Origin: Crocosphaera subtropica ATCC 51142
GTDB lineage: Bacteria; Cyanobacteriota; Cyanobacteriia; Cyanobacteriales; Microcystaceae
NCBI RefSeq assembly: GCF_000017845.1
Contig: NC_010546.1
Location: 810,001 to 842,000, forward strand
Direction of reading: 5' to 3'
Length of the DNA stretch: 32,000 nucleotides
Made by a program: the position numbers and the translations under genes. Each line of letters starts with the position of its first letter. Positions within the stretch are counted from its first letter, which is position 1. Positions 18,454-27,568 of the stretch are shown here, one piece after another. Below the pieces are notes generated by a model that did no database searches, was not told where the DNA came from, and saw only the letters and a program-made list of their open reading frames with translations.

Positions 18454-18541
18454 TTTGCCGTCGTAGGGTGAGTCCAGTGCGGTCTTGGGGGTTCCCCAAG
18501 TAGAGCAACTGGCAACCCGAAGGGCAAATGAAAGAAACACT
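18442..18541. repeat. 100-bp nested-palindrome element flanked by 21-bp direct repeats (MITE-like)
   Basis: Direct repeats: CAAGATAGGGAACAGGGAACA (18421-18441) and CAAGACAGGGAACAGGGAACA (18542-18562). Nested inverted pairs inside: ATTTGCC (18453-18459)/GGCAAAT (18523-18529), CCAGT/ACTGG, and CTTGGGG (18484-18490)/CCCCAAG (18494-18500). Confidence 0.5.
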
Positions 18542-18565
18542 CAAGACAGGGAACAGGGAACAAGT

Positions 18566-19435
18566 TTAGTGTTTCTGATAACTCAAAACTGTATTTTGTA
18601 GTAACATAGCCACTGTCATCGGCCCTACACCACCCGGAACTGGGGTAATATAACTGCTAACCTGAGAAACGGAGTTAAACTCAAAATCTCCCACTAATTT
18701 AGACGCACCGTCTTTTGTCATAATACGGTTAATGCCGACATCAATGGCGATCGCTTCGGGTTTGACCATCTCCCCTGTGATTAAATTGGGTTTACCCACC
18801 GCAGCGATAATAATATCTCCTTGACGGGTGATTTCTCCTAAGTCGGGGGTGCGAGAATGGGCAATACTCACTGTTGCATTTTTTTCTAATAACATCAACG
18901 CCAAGGGTTTACCCACTAAAATACTGCGCCCTACCACCACCGCGTGTTTCCCTGCAACATCTAGGTTATATTCTTCCAACAAACGCATCACCCCCCAAGG
19001 GGTACAACTGCGTAACCCCTCTTCACCCCGTATTAAATGACCGAGGTTCATGGGATGTAAGCCGTCAGCATCTTTTTCTGGGGCGATCGCATGGAGTAAC
19101 TTTACGGTATCTAAATGGGGAGGTAAAGGTAACTGAACTAAAATACCATCCACCCGTTCATCTGCATTCAATTGATGGATTAAAGCTTCAACTTCTTCTT
19201 GAGGCGTTTCCGTGGGTAAATGACGACCAAAGGAAGCAATTCCGACTTTAGCGCAAGCTTTTTCCTTATTACGAACGTAAACCGCACTGGCAGGATTATC
19301 TCCTACCATAATCACCGCCAAACCAGGAGGACGACCGATATTTCCTTGTAATTTTTCAACGGTGGTTTTTAATTCTCCCTGAATTTTTTGCGCTAATGCT
19401 TTACCGTTTAACAAAGAAGCAGTTTCAGAAGACAT
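18566..19435 (-). CDS. folD: bifunctional methylenetetrahydrofolate dehydrogenase / methenyltetrahydrofolate cyclohydrolase
   Basis: Typical FolD sequence: [30 protein letters not shown], and [11 protein letters not shown]...[11 protein letters not shown]. Confidence 0.95.
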
Positions 19436-19472
19436 GGATAACCTAGATAAATTTGGAACGTAGGAGTAGTTT

Positions 19473-20057
19473 ATGGTGTCCTATAGCTTAGCCTATCTCA
19501 AGACAGTCAATTTCTCGGCACTGATCATGAAAGTTTTAAACATTCGAGGGGTTCATGGTGCTATTTTTTCCCTTTTAGTGGGAGGTTTGATCGGATGTAC
19601 CCCTGTGAACTATTTAGGGTTAGCCCAACCGTCTATTACCCCCATTGGGGAACTGTCCCCCCAACCATCGACAGAAAGCACATCCGAAGAAGATATCATC
19701 TATTTAGAAGGAAAAGTGGTGGATCGCGCGCCGTTTATGGATAGCGGTTCCTATCAACTCCAAGATCAAACCGGAACTGTCTGGGTACTCACAAATGGCC
19801 CGTTACCTCAAACTGGGGAAACCGTACAAATTACAGGAAAAGTGACCTATCAATCGATTCCTATGGGTGGTCAAGATGTGGGAGAGTTGTATATCTTAGA
19901 GGTTGAAAAATTGGAAGCTAATGCGATCGATAATACCTCAACAGTTCAACCGGTGGTTGATACGGAAGTCGATGCTTCTAGTGATACTGAAGTTAAACCT
20001 ATTTCTAAACCTGATCCTGATGAGTTTTTCCTTCCCCACAAACGTAACACCAAGTAA
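19473..20057 (+). CDS. hypothetical lipoprotein, possibly with an OB-fold-like core
   Basis: The ATG at 19473 has AGGAG 6 nt upstream. The alternative ATG at 19527 gives the lipoprotein-type signal [24 protein letters not shown]. The C-terminal tail is acidic and low-complexity. Confidence 0.6.
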
Positions 20058-20481
20058 CGTCCGTTCTGTTGCTTTGGCTATTCTTCATCAAGATGGTCAG
20101 TTTTTAATGCAGTTACGGGACAATATTCCCACTATTATTTATCCCGATCGCTGGGGTTTTTTTGGGGGTCATCTTGAACCCGGAGAAACCCCAGAAATGG
20201 GGGTTAAACGGGAAGTCAAAGAAGAGATTAATTATCAGATTGAAAACCCTATTTTTTTCTGTCGTTATGATGATGACATTGCTGTGCGCTATATTTTTCA
20301 TGCTCCTTTAACCGTGCCGATCAATGACTTAAATTTACAAGAAGGGGCTGACTTAGGGTTAGTTTCTCCTGATGCGGTTAAACAAGGCCAATGTTATTCT
20401 AACAAACTGGGTGAAGTTCGTCCTTTGGGGAAAATTCATCAAGAAATTTTGTTAGCTTTTATCAATAGAATAGGAAACTAA
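20020..20481 (+). CDS. NUDIX hydrolase
   Basis: Nudix box GGHLEPGETPEMGVKREVKEEINY. Track ORF 19903..20481 overlaps the upstream gene by 155 nt. The internal ATG at 20020 reduces the overlap to 38 nt and gives a typical length of about 153 aa. The start remains uncertain. Confidence 0.78.
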   Translation: MSFSFPTNVTPSNVRSVALAILHQDGQFLMQLRDNIPTIIYPDRWGFFGGHLEPGETPEMGVKREVKEEINYQIENPIFFCRYDDDIAVRYIFHAPLTVPINDLNLQEGADLGLVSPDAVKQGQCYSNKLGEVRPLGKIHQEILLAFINRIGN

Positions 20482-20577
20482 ATTGTTAATTTTTGTGGGT
20501 TTTTGTAGAAAAATGAGGCAAGTTTGCTTATAAATAAATTTTAGTTTGTATTTTGACTTTTCTGAAGGAAAAATTTT

Positions 20578-21339
20578 ATGGGTTTTAAATATATTAATCA
20601 AATTGCTAACCCCGACAATTTACAGGAATTTCTCACATTAGTTGATTTAGCTGCTGGTGCTGGTCAAAATGTTAATAATGCTATTGATTTAAGTCAAAAG
20701 TTACACGAAACAGCCCCGATGAAGGTTTGCCTTCAGATACTGAATCAAGATGCTGACTGCGCTCAAATGCTCAAAGAACGTTATATCGGACCTTATTTTG
20801 ACCTAGAAACCATGTTAAAAATGCCCAAAGGTTCTTTGGGCTGGACTTATGCTAAAGTATTGAGTGCTTTGGGTTACGATCCTCAATTTTATCGAAGCAC
20901 TGAAAATTTTAAAACCGATGCTGATTATGTTACCTTTCGTGTCTTTAAAACCCATGATCTCCATCATATTTTAACCGGTTATAGTTTAGATGATTTGGGA
21001 GAACTAGGGGTTCTTTCTGTTAGCGTTGGGCAATTTGCTTATCCTGGTTTTACGTTTCTTGATTTAATGTCTTTTTTGTTTAGATTTTTCAAAAACGATC
21101 AAGCCTATAATAAAAATATGACTCCCCAAGAACAGGTAAAAACCCTGAATTATGCTTTTAAATTAGTATCTGCTGGTATCGATATGGGACAAGCAGCTAA
21201 ACCCTTATTTCCTGTTAAATGGGAAGAAAACTTAGAACGTCCTCTAGAGGAATGGCGGGAAATGTTAAATATTAAACCTGTTTTAGATGGACCTTACAGT
21301 TGGTACACTCGTAAAGAACTTCAAGCAGCTATTGCTTAA
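20578..21339 (+). CDS. Coq4-family protein
   Basis: An HDxxH-x11-E motif (HDLHHILTGYSLDDLGE) sits in the position typical of the COQ4 family; 253 aa. Confidence 0.7.
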   Translation: MGFKYINQIANPDNLQEFLTLVDLAAGAGQNVNNAIDLSQKLHETAPMKVCLQILNQDADCAQMLKERYIGPYFDLETMLKMPKGSLGWTYAKVLSALGYDPQFYRSTENFKTDADYVTFRVFKTHDLHHILTGYSLDDLGELGVLSVSVGQFAYPGFTFLDLMSFLFRFFKNDQAYNKNMTPQEQVKTLNYAFKLVSAGIDMGQAAKPLFPVKWEENLERPLEEWREMLNIKPVLDGPYSWYTRKELQAAIA

Positions 21340-21345
21340 TTAACT

Positions 21346-21373
21346 TCTCCCCTCTTTAAAAAAATAGGGGAGA
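21346..21373 (+). terminator. stem-loop after the Coq4-like gene
   Basis: TCTCCCCT (21346-21353) pairs with AGGGGAGA (21366-21373), an 8-bp stem with a 12-nt A-rich loop. T-rich sequence follows only after a short gap. Confidence 0.3.
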
Positions 21374-21468
21374 TATGAATAAAAACTATTTTTATTCACC
21401 GTTTTTTTGATAATGGAAAATGAGGAGGAATAAGACTTAATATAAAAATAGGATAAAATAAAAACATT

Positions 21469-21759
21469 ATGCTAAGTATGCTAAAACTACTCACAAATGT
21501 CATTATTTCAGTAGTGATTGCCTTGTGGATAGGGGCGATCGCTATTTTTTCCATTCAAAATATTACTGCAGTTTCCCTAAACTTCTTACTATGGGAATCG
21601 ATTAAACTACCCATTGGTGTTTTATTATCCTTTTGTGTGGGAGGAGGTTTCATTATTGGCAGTTTGTTACCTTTTCTCTTGCAACCTTCAAAACGCAAGC
21701 AAAAACGCCCCTTGAGAAGTTCAATGAATGATATGAGTGACTTTGACTTTGATAATTGA
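21469..21759 (+). CDS. LapA-domain (DUF1049) small membrane protein
   Basis: Two hydrophobic helices (VIISVVIALWIGAIAIFSI and IGVLLSFCVGGGFIIGSLLPFLL) followed by a basic tail, the typical DUF1049 layout. Confidence 0.65.
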   Translation: MLSMLKLLTNVIISVVIALWIGAIAIFSIQNITAVSLNFLLWESIKLPIGVLLSFCVGGGFIIGSLLPFLLQPSKRKQKRPLRSSMNDMSDFDFDN

Positions 21760-21820
21760 GTTAATAGATAATAGACAGTTATGGATCAATAATCGGTTCT
21801 TGTCACTGTAGGTATTAACC

Positions 21821-22498
21821 ATGAGTAACCCCTGTATTTTAGTGGTTGAAGATGAAGTCAAACTAGCTCAGTTTATTGAATTAGAACTGAAATATGAAGG
21901 CTATACAGTGACAGTGGTTAATGATGGGTTATCGGGACTAACCACAGCAAGAGAAAGCAACCCCGACCTCATTTTATTAGATTGGATGTTACCAGGCATT
22001 TCAGGACTCGACATTTGTAAACGACTGCGACAAACCGGAAGTAAAGTCCCCATTATCTTATTAACGGCTAAAGATGATATCAGCGATCGTGTGGCAGGTT
22101 TGGATGCAGGGGCCGATGATTATATCGTTAAACCTTTTAATCTAGAAGAATTATTAGCCAGAGTTCGGGCCAATTTAAGGCGAAATCATGAAGAAGATCC
22201 CGATCTTTTGCAATTTTTAGACCTTAGTTTAAATCGTAATACCCGTGAAGTGTTTCGGGGTAGTCGTTTGATTGAACTAACGGCCAAAGAGTTCGACTTA
22301 CTAGAATATTTAATGTCTCATCCTAAACAAGTCCTCAGTCGAGATCAAATTTTAGAAAGGGTTTGGGGTTATGACTTTATGGGAGATTCTAATATTATTG
22401 AGGTTTATGTGCGTTATTTACGGTTAAAATTAGAAGCTGAACAAGAAAAACGACTGATCCAAACCGTTCGAGGTGTGGGTTATGTCTTACGAGACTAG
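21821..22498 (+). CDS. OmpR-family two-component response regulator
   Basis: Receiver domain (ILVVEDE, phospho-acceptor in [18 protein letters not shown]). Winged-helix output domain ([21 protein letters not shown]). Confidence 0.92.
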   Translation: MSNPCILVVEDEVKLAQFIELELKYEGYTVTVVNDGLSGLTTARESNPDLILLDWMLPGISGLDICKRLRQTGSKVPIILLTAKDDISDRVAGLDAGADDYIVKPFNLEELLARVRANLRRNHEEDPDLLQFLDLSLNRNTREVFRGSRLIELTAKEFDLLEYLMSHPKQVLSRDQILERVWGYDFMGDSNIIEVYVRYLRLKLEAEQEKRLIQTVRGVGYVLRD

Positions 22499-22558
22499 AC
22501 TCAGGAACTAAACCAATTGTGTCATAATCTAACATCAAAAACACTCCTCAAAACGATT

Positions 22559-24052
22559 ATGATGAAACTTCACGATTTATTAAATAACGTTCCGAGTATT
22601 TCTTCCCTTCCTAACCATCCTGCTTTAGAAAGAGACGTTAAGGGTATCTCGACTAACTCCCATTCTTGCCAACCAGGAGACATCTTTATTGGGATGCCGG
22701 GAACTCGTGTGGACGGAGGTGAGTTCTGGCAAAGTGCGATGGAGGTGGGGGCAACTGCTGCTATGATCAGTCCCCAAGCTGCTGAAAAATTTCCCCCAAC
22801 TGATGACCATTGTGTGATGATTGTGGATGATTTGATTACCGTTGCTGCTGAGGTGGCGGCCGCTTTTTATCATTATCCAGCACAACAATTAAACATGATT
22901 GGGGTCACCGGAACCAATGGCAAAACAACCACGACCCATTTAATTGAATATTTCCTCAGCCAATGTCAAAAACCAACGGCGTTAATTGGCACGTTATATA
23001 CTCGTTGGCCAGGGTTTCAACAAACAGCCGTCCATACCACCCCTTTTGCCCCTGAATTACAAGAACAACTAGCCGAAGCGGTGTCGGCTAATAACGAATA
23101 TTGTGTCATGGAAGTTAGTTCCCATGCCTTAGCCCAAGGACGGGTTAAACAATGTCCATTTAAGGTGAGTGTGTTTACTAATTTAACCCAAGATCATCTT
23201 GACTTTCATAAAGATATGGAAGATTATTTTGCAGCGAAACAGTTATTATTTACCCCAGATTATTTACAAGAAAAAGCCATTATCAACTTAGATGATCCCT
23301 ACGGTAAACGATTAATTGAAAGTTTGAAGCCTGAGCAAGTTTGGAGTTATAGTGTTGGGGATACTCAGGCGGATTTTTATACCAGGGATTTAACCTATCG
23401 AGGGAATGGGGTTACAGGAACCTTACACACCCCATTAGGAACAGTTAATTTTACTTCTCCATTGGTGGGACAATTCAATTTATCCAACGTTTTAGCAGCC
23501 GTTGCAGCCGTTTTGCATCTAGGGTTAGACTTAACAACAATCATAGAAACATTACCCCACTTTCTGGGAGTTCCTGGACGTATGGAACGGGTACAAATTA
23601 ACGACAAACAAGATATTACGGTTATTGTTGATTATGCCCATACTCCCGATAGTTTGGAAAACTCCTTAAAAGCAGCCCGTCCTTTTATTCAAGGTCAACT
23701 CATTTGTGTTTTCGGTTGTGGGGGCGATCGCGATCGCACGAAACGGCCGTTAATGGGTCAAGCGTCGGCTGAATTGGCGGATGTTTCCGTCGTTACCTCT
23801 GATAACCCCAGAACCGAAGATCCCCAAAGAATTTTAGAGGATATCTTAACAGGAATTCCTGAAACCGTTGAACCTTTCGTGATTAGCGATCGGGCTGAAG
23901 CTATTAAAACAGCCATTCTACAAGCTAAACCAGGTGATGGGGTTTTAATTGCAGGAAAAGGTCACGAAGATTATCAAATTTTAGGGACAGAAAAAATCCA
24001 TTTTGATGATCGAGAAGAAGCCGGAAAAGCGTTAGAAATTCGCCTGAAATAA
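22559..24052 (+). CDS. murE: UDP-N-acetylmuramoyl-L-alanyl-D-glutamate--2,6-diaminopimelate ligase
   Basis: P-loop GVTGTNGKTTT. DNPR motif (TSDNPRTEDP), typical of meso-DAP-adding MurE. C-terminal AGKGHE. ATG ATG at 22559/22562 (MMKLHDLL) is preferred over the track start at 22517. Confidence 0.92.
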   Translation: MMKLHDLLNNVPSISSLPNHPALERDVKGISTNSHSCQPGDIFIGMPGTRVDGGEFWQSAMEVGATAAMISPQAAEKFPPTDDHCVMIVDDLITVAAEVAAAFYHYPAQQLNMIGVTGTNGKTTTTHLIEYFLSQCQKPTALIGTLYTRWPGFQQTAVHTTPFAPELQEQLAEAVSANNEYCVMEVSSHALAQGRVKQCPFKVSVFTNLTQDHLDFHKDMEDYFAAKQLLFTPDYLQEKAIINLDDPYGKRLIESLKPEQVWSYSVGDTQADFYTRDLTYRGNGVTGTLHTPLGTVNFTSPLVGQFNLSNVLAAVAAVLHLGLDLTTIIETLPHFLGVPGRMERVQINDKQDITVIVDYAHTPDSLENSLKAARPFIQGQLICVFGCGGDRDRTKRPLMGQASAELADVSVVTSDNPRTEDPQRILEDILTGIPETVEPFVISDRAEAIKTAILQAKPGDGVLIAGKGHEDYQILGTEKIHFDDREEAGKALEIRLK

Positions 24053-24061
24053 TTAATAAGT

Positions 24062-24092
24062 AATAATGGATAATGATGAGTTATCCATTATT
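24062..24092. terminator. stem-loop between convergent murE and the 85-aa gene
   Basis: AATAATGGATAA (24062-24073) pairs with TTATCCATTATT (24081-24092), a perfect 12-bp AT-rich stem with a 7-nt loop. Confidence 0.4.
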
Positions 24093-24141
24093 ATTCCTTA
24101 CCTCAACTCATAATCTCTATTATTAATAAAGAGAATTGGTA

Positions 24142-24399
24142 TTATTTTTCTAGACGAATAACATACCATTGTAGATAACTATCAGATCCCATATCGAGAT
24201 CACAGAAATTTTCCATTAAATATTGCGCTTGATCTTCTACTGTTGTCATTTTTTCTAATTCCTTGGGTAAATCATCCTGACGAGTTAATAAGATAGCTTT
24301 GAGTTTTTCTAATAACTCTTGAGAGGTTAATATTTGTTCAGGTTGATCCGTTTCGAGGACAACAAAACCATCCTCTTGATACATAATTGAATCTGGCAT
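24142..24399 (-). CDS. small conserved cyanobacterial protein, CRR7/DUF3571-like (tentative)
   Basis: 85 aa with MPDSIMYQEDGFVVLE...PEQILTSQELLEKLK...YLQWYVIRLEK. From memory this matches the CRR7-type family, but I cannot verify it without a search. Confidence 0.5.
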   Translation of the reverse strand: MPDSIMYQEDGFVVLETDQPEQILTSQELLEKLKAILLTRQDDLPKELEKMTTVEDQAQYLMENFCDLDMGSDSYLQWYVIRLEK

Positions 24400-24418
24400 A
24401 ATTCTAAGTAAAAATTAT

Positions 24419-25351
24419 TTAATGGTGTCTTTGAAGGATAATAATATCATTGCCTACCACTGGACTACGAGCGATTAAATTCCCTTGGGAGTCTAACATC
24501 TCTAATTTGCGAAAGTCTAGATTTTGGGTTTTTTCTAAAATCCTATCCGCTAGATTATCTTGTTCTTTAGTTGACAAATCATACCATTTATCCCCTACAG
24601 TTACCATAAGACGACTGCCTAAAAAATTGGCTTCTATTCTGCCAATTAAATCATCAGGATATTGATTGGTTAATGCTGTGACTTCTTTTTGAATAGCAGC
24701 AATTAGGCTTTGTTCTGGGGTTAATTTCGGTGGAGAAGATGGCACATTTTCTATGGGTTGAGGTAACGAGGGTTCTTCTAATTCTGTTGGGGTTTCTACC
24801 ACTTGGGGTTGAGCCGTTTCTGGGGAACCATTGAAAATTGCAAGGTTGGGTAAGGAGGGTTTAAATAGAAAAAATGATGTGGATAAGATGACAATTATGA
24901 CCACTCCTATAATTCCTGCTATAGTCCCTCTAGATAAATTTTTCAAAAAGGATGAAGGTACCTCAGATTCCTTGGTTTCAGGTTTTTGAGTTGCTTCAAT
25001 GTTTTCAGTTAATTCATCCATTTCTGATGTATTGATCGCTGCTGTTGAGGTACGATCATCTTCTGTGTCTTCTATATTTTCACTCTCTTCTATTTCAGGG
25101 ACGTTAACTGGCTGAGGTTGAGTTTCTAGAGCATTAGCAATGATTTCTGTACTATTAATGAGTGCGTTTAAGGTGTCTTTATTGGGTACATTATTGATCT
25201 TTTCTGTATTAACTTGCTGAACTATTCGATCCAGTTTTTTAATTGTTGTTTGCAGTAATATAATAAATTCTTCTTGAGAAATATCACGGTTTAAAGCGTC
25301 AGCAAATTCAGAAGGATTTGAGGAGATGGGAGAAGGTTTTTCACTGGACAT
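24419..25351 (-). CDS. hypothetical single-pass membrane protein with an acidic linker
   Basis: ATG-initiated 310-aa ORF located 19 nt downstream of... (corrected) immediately upstream of the 85-aa gene on the same strand, so the two are probably co-transcribed. One TM helix (GTIAGIIGVVIIVILSTSFFLF). E/T/P-rich low-complexity regions. Confidence 0.65.
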   Translation of the reverse strand: MSSEKPSPISSNPSEFADALNRDISQEEFIILLQTTIKKLDRIVQQVNTEKINNVPNKDTLNALINSTEIIANALETQPQPVNVPEIEESENIEDTEDDRTSTAAINTSEMDELTENIEATQKPETKESEVPSSFLKNLSRGTIAGIIGVVIIVILSTSFFLFKPSLPNLAIFNGSPETAQPQVVETPTELEEPSLPQPIENVPSSPPKLTPEQSLIAAIQKEVTALTNQYPDDLIGRIEANFLGSRLMVTVGDKWYDLSTKEQDNLADRILEKTQNLDFRKLEMLDSQGNLIARSPVVGNDIIILQRHH

Positions 25352-25714
25352 AAGTTAACTTCCTCATAGAGCAATTAATAGTAATTATGGCAGACTTGCC
25401 GATTAAACTTAGTCAATAATCAATAATTTTTTAATGTAAAAAGTTAAGAATAACTTTTTAATTCTTGTGTCTTGCCCTCTAGACAATCTATCAATTTTAT
25501 GTTAAGGAAAAGCCAACAATAACAAGGCTGAGGCAATAGACATAGATCCAATTTATCACTTCTGTTTACAAATTTGATCTCATTTAGAATAAAATGCTAG
25601 AATCAAAGGTGAAAACCAAAAAATGAACATCAGTGATTAAGGAGGAAGTTAAGCGTAACTTTTCTTCCCTTTCTTTGTCTCAGGGGTTTTCATTATTTAA
25701 GAGAGGAACACATT

Positions 25715-25879
25715 GTGGCTAAACGTCGTAATCTAAAGAAAGAAAAAGCAGAACGAAATCAGGCTTATGCTCGCCAATTTCGTCAAAAAACTTCTCGTTC
25801 TTTTTCTCGTGGTAGATCCTATTCTAACAATAACAATGATCAAGACGATAAAAATGAGGATAATAGTAATAATGACTAA
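25715..25879 (+). CDS. candidate small protein (54 aa, GTG start), absent from the ORF track
   Basis: GAGAGGA lies 7 nt upstream of the GTG at 25715. Translation: (M)AKRRNLKKEKAERNQAYARQFRQKTSRSFSRGRSYSNNNNDQDDKNEDNSNNDstop. It lies in an otherwise empty 600-bp gap. An in-frame stop at 25634 and the absence of an upstream ATG fix the start. Confidence 0.4.
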   Translation: MAKRRNLKKEKAERNQAYARQFRQKTSRSFSRGRSYSNNNNDQDDKNEDNSNND

Positions 25880-25951
25880 TGTGTGAAGTAGTTAATAAAA
25901 GGAACAGGGAATTGTTAGATTCTCCTGTCCTGCTTTAGTCATTTGGAAAGG

Positions 25952-27022
25952 TTAAAGGCTTAACTGTTGAACTAAACGATCAATATCAAAGTTTTTAACC
26001 ATTAATTCCTGAATACAGCTAACTTTAATTTTTTCTTGCAGTCGAACTTTCCCAAAGGCCTGATCGACAATTTCAACTGTACTTAAGGTATCGAGATCCA
26101 CCGAAAGGATAGGTACTTCTAAATCTTCGGCCCTAGTGATGATCAGAGGTTGGGGGTTCATGTGTCCTGTAAGAATCAGACAACTGGTAGAGGTTTCCAA
26201 AGCAGCTAATTGTAGATCAGTGCGATCGCCCCCAGTGACCACCGCTTTATTTTGTCCTTGACGAAAGTATTCTAAGGCTGAGTTAACATTCATCGCCCCA
26301 ATAGTCAGGCTTTCCACCATTAAATCTAGGCGATCACCACGACATAACACTTGAGCCTTTAGCTGACGAGCGATTTCGCGAACACTCACACTACGCAGTA
26401 AACGACTAGCGGGTAATAAACCCAATACTGACACCCCATGACTTTCGAGATAGGGTTTGATTAAGGTTTGAGCCGTCTCCAATTCTTCACTAGGGATATC
26501 GTTGATAATCATACCCACCAAGCGATCGCCTAAAGCTAGTTTGACGGCAACCAGGCTATCCACCACCAAGGGAGAATGGTAACGGGCTACTAACAACACA
26601 GACGCATCTAGGGTTTTAGCCATGTCAACGACCGATAACCCAAAGAGACTACCTTCCCAGAGCGTTCCAGCCCCTTCTAAAATAACAACATTAGCTTCAA
26701 TGTTAGCCAGACTATCCTTGAGGGATTGTCCGTAGTCTGTAGTATCCTCTTGTCTTAGCCGTTTTTCCAACGTTGTCCGTTGCAAAGGAATAAGAGGCCA
26801 TTCTATTTGAGCTTCTTTTAACCCTAAGGCATCAGCAATGAACTCCACATCCGCTTCTTTCGTCTTAGGGTCTTGATCTTGGAAACAAGTGCCAATAGGT
26901 TTACTATAGGCAATGGAGAAGCCTTTATCTTGAAACTGATGGGCAAGTCCTAAAATGGTTCCTGACTTGCCGGTATAAGCTTCAATTGAGGCTACAATTA
27001 AGTATTTGGTTGACTGTGCCAC
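25952..27022 (-). CDS. DRTGG-domain protein resembling the N-terminal (non-catalytic) half of phosphotransacetylase
   Basis: BioD/CobQ-like deviant P-loop ([12 protein letters not shown]) and a DRTGG signature (VVTGGDRTD). GTG start with AAGGAG 7 nt upstream. No PTA catalytic domain is present. Confidence 0.82.
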   Translation of the reverse strand: MAQSTKYLIVASIEAYTGKSGTILGLAHQFQDKGFSIAYSKPIGTCFQDQDPKTKEADVEFIADALGLKEAQIEWPLIPLQRTTLEKRLRQEDTTDYGQSLKDSLANIEANVVILEGAGTLWEGSLFGLSVVDMAKTLDASVLLVARYHSPLVVDSLVAVKLALGDRLVGMIINDIPSEELETAQTLIKPYLESHGVSVLGLLPASRLLRSVSVREIARQLKAQVLCRGDRLDLMVESLTIGAMNVNSALEYFRQGQNKAVVTGGDRTDLQLAALETSTSCLILTGHMNPQPLIITRAEDLEVPILSVDLDTLSTVEIVDQAFGKVRLQEKIKVSCIQELMVKNFDIDRLVQQLSL

Positions 27023-27049
27023 CCTGTTACTCCTTTATTTTCTATCGGT

Positions 27050-27436
27050 CTAGGAGGCAGATTCTTCACAGTGTAGCAACTTGCGATAGAATCCTTGAGG
27101 AAAATCTACTATTTGTCCTTCTTGATAAATTTTAAGCACTGAAATGAGATAGTCAATAAATTCTGCATTAAGAATCGTAATTTCGTAGTTTAATTCTGCT
27201 TGGCCATCAAACTGCATTCGACAACGAGTGATTTCTGAGGGCAAATTAGAGACAAACCATGAAACAACGAAGGGAATACCTTTTCCCCCTTCAATGCGTC
27301 GGGTTCCTTCTAAATGTCCTTGGGAATATAAAGAAAGGGCATAGGGAAGAATTTTATGCTTATCTTTATGATAGTAAGGCTGATAAATCATTATCTGGCC
27401 TTTAGGGGCAGGTTGAATGTCTTCGATGCTAGTCAT
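27050..27436 (-). CDS. hypothetical protein (128 aa)
   Basis: ATG-initiated ORF ending 27 nt upstream of the DRTGG gene on the same strand (operon-like). No motif recognised. Confidence 0.6.
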   Translation of the reverse strand: MTSIEDIQPAPKGQIMIYQPYYHKDKHKILPYALSLYSQGHLEGTRRIEGGKGIPFVVSWFVSNLPSEITRCRMQFDGQAELNYEITILNAEFIDYLISVLKIYQEGQIVDFPQGFYRKLLHCEESAS

Positions 27437-27568
27437 AAAGTCAATAAACCTTTAAGGATATGATGGGTGATGAGTCAACGTCCTGCTATCCTACATTATA
27501 CGCATATACGCAACTGCGTCGCCCTATTTAGGTTAAGATTGTCTAAATTAACATTAATTATTAATTAT

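Noticed and set aside
18140-18466. 108-aa plus-strand ORF
   Set aside because: It is an alternative frame inside the LpxB-related gene.
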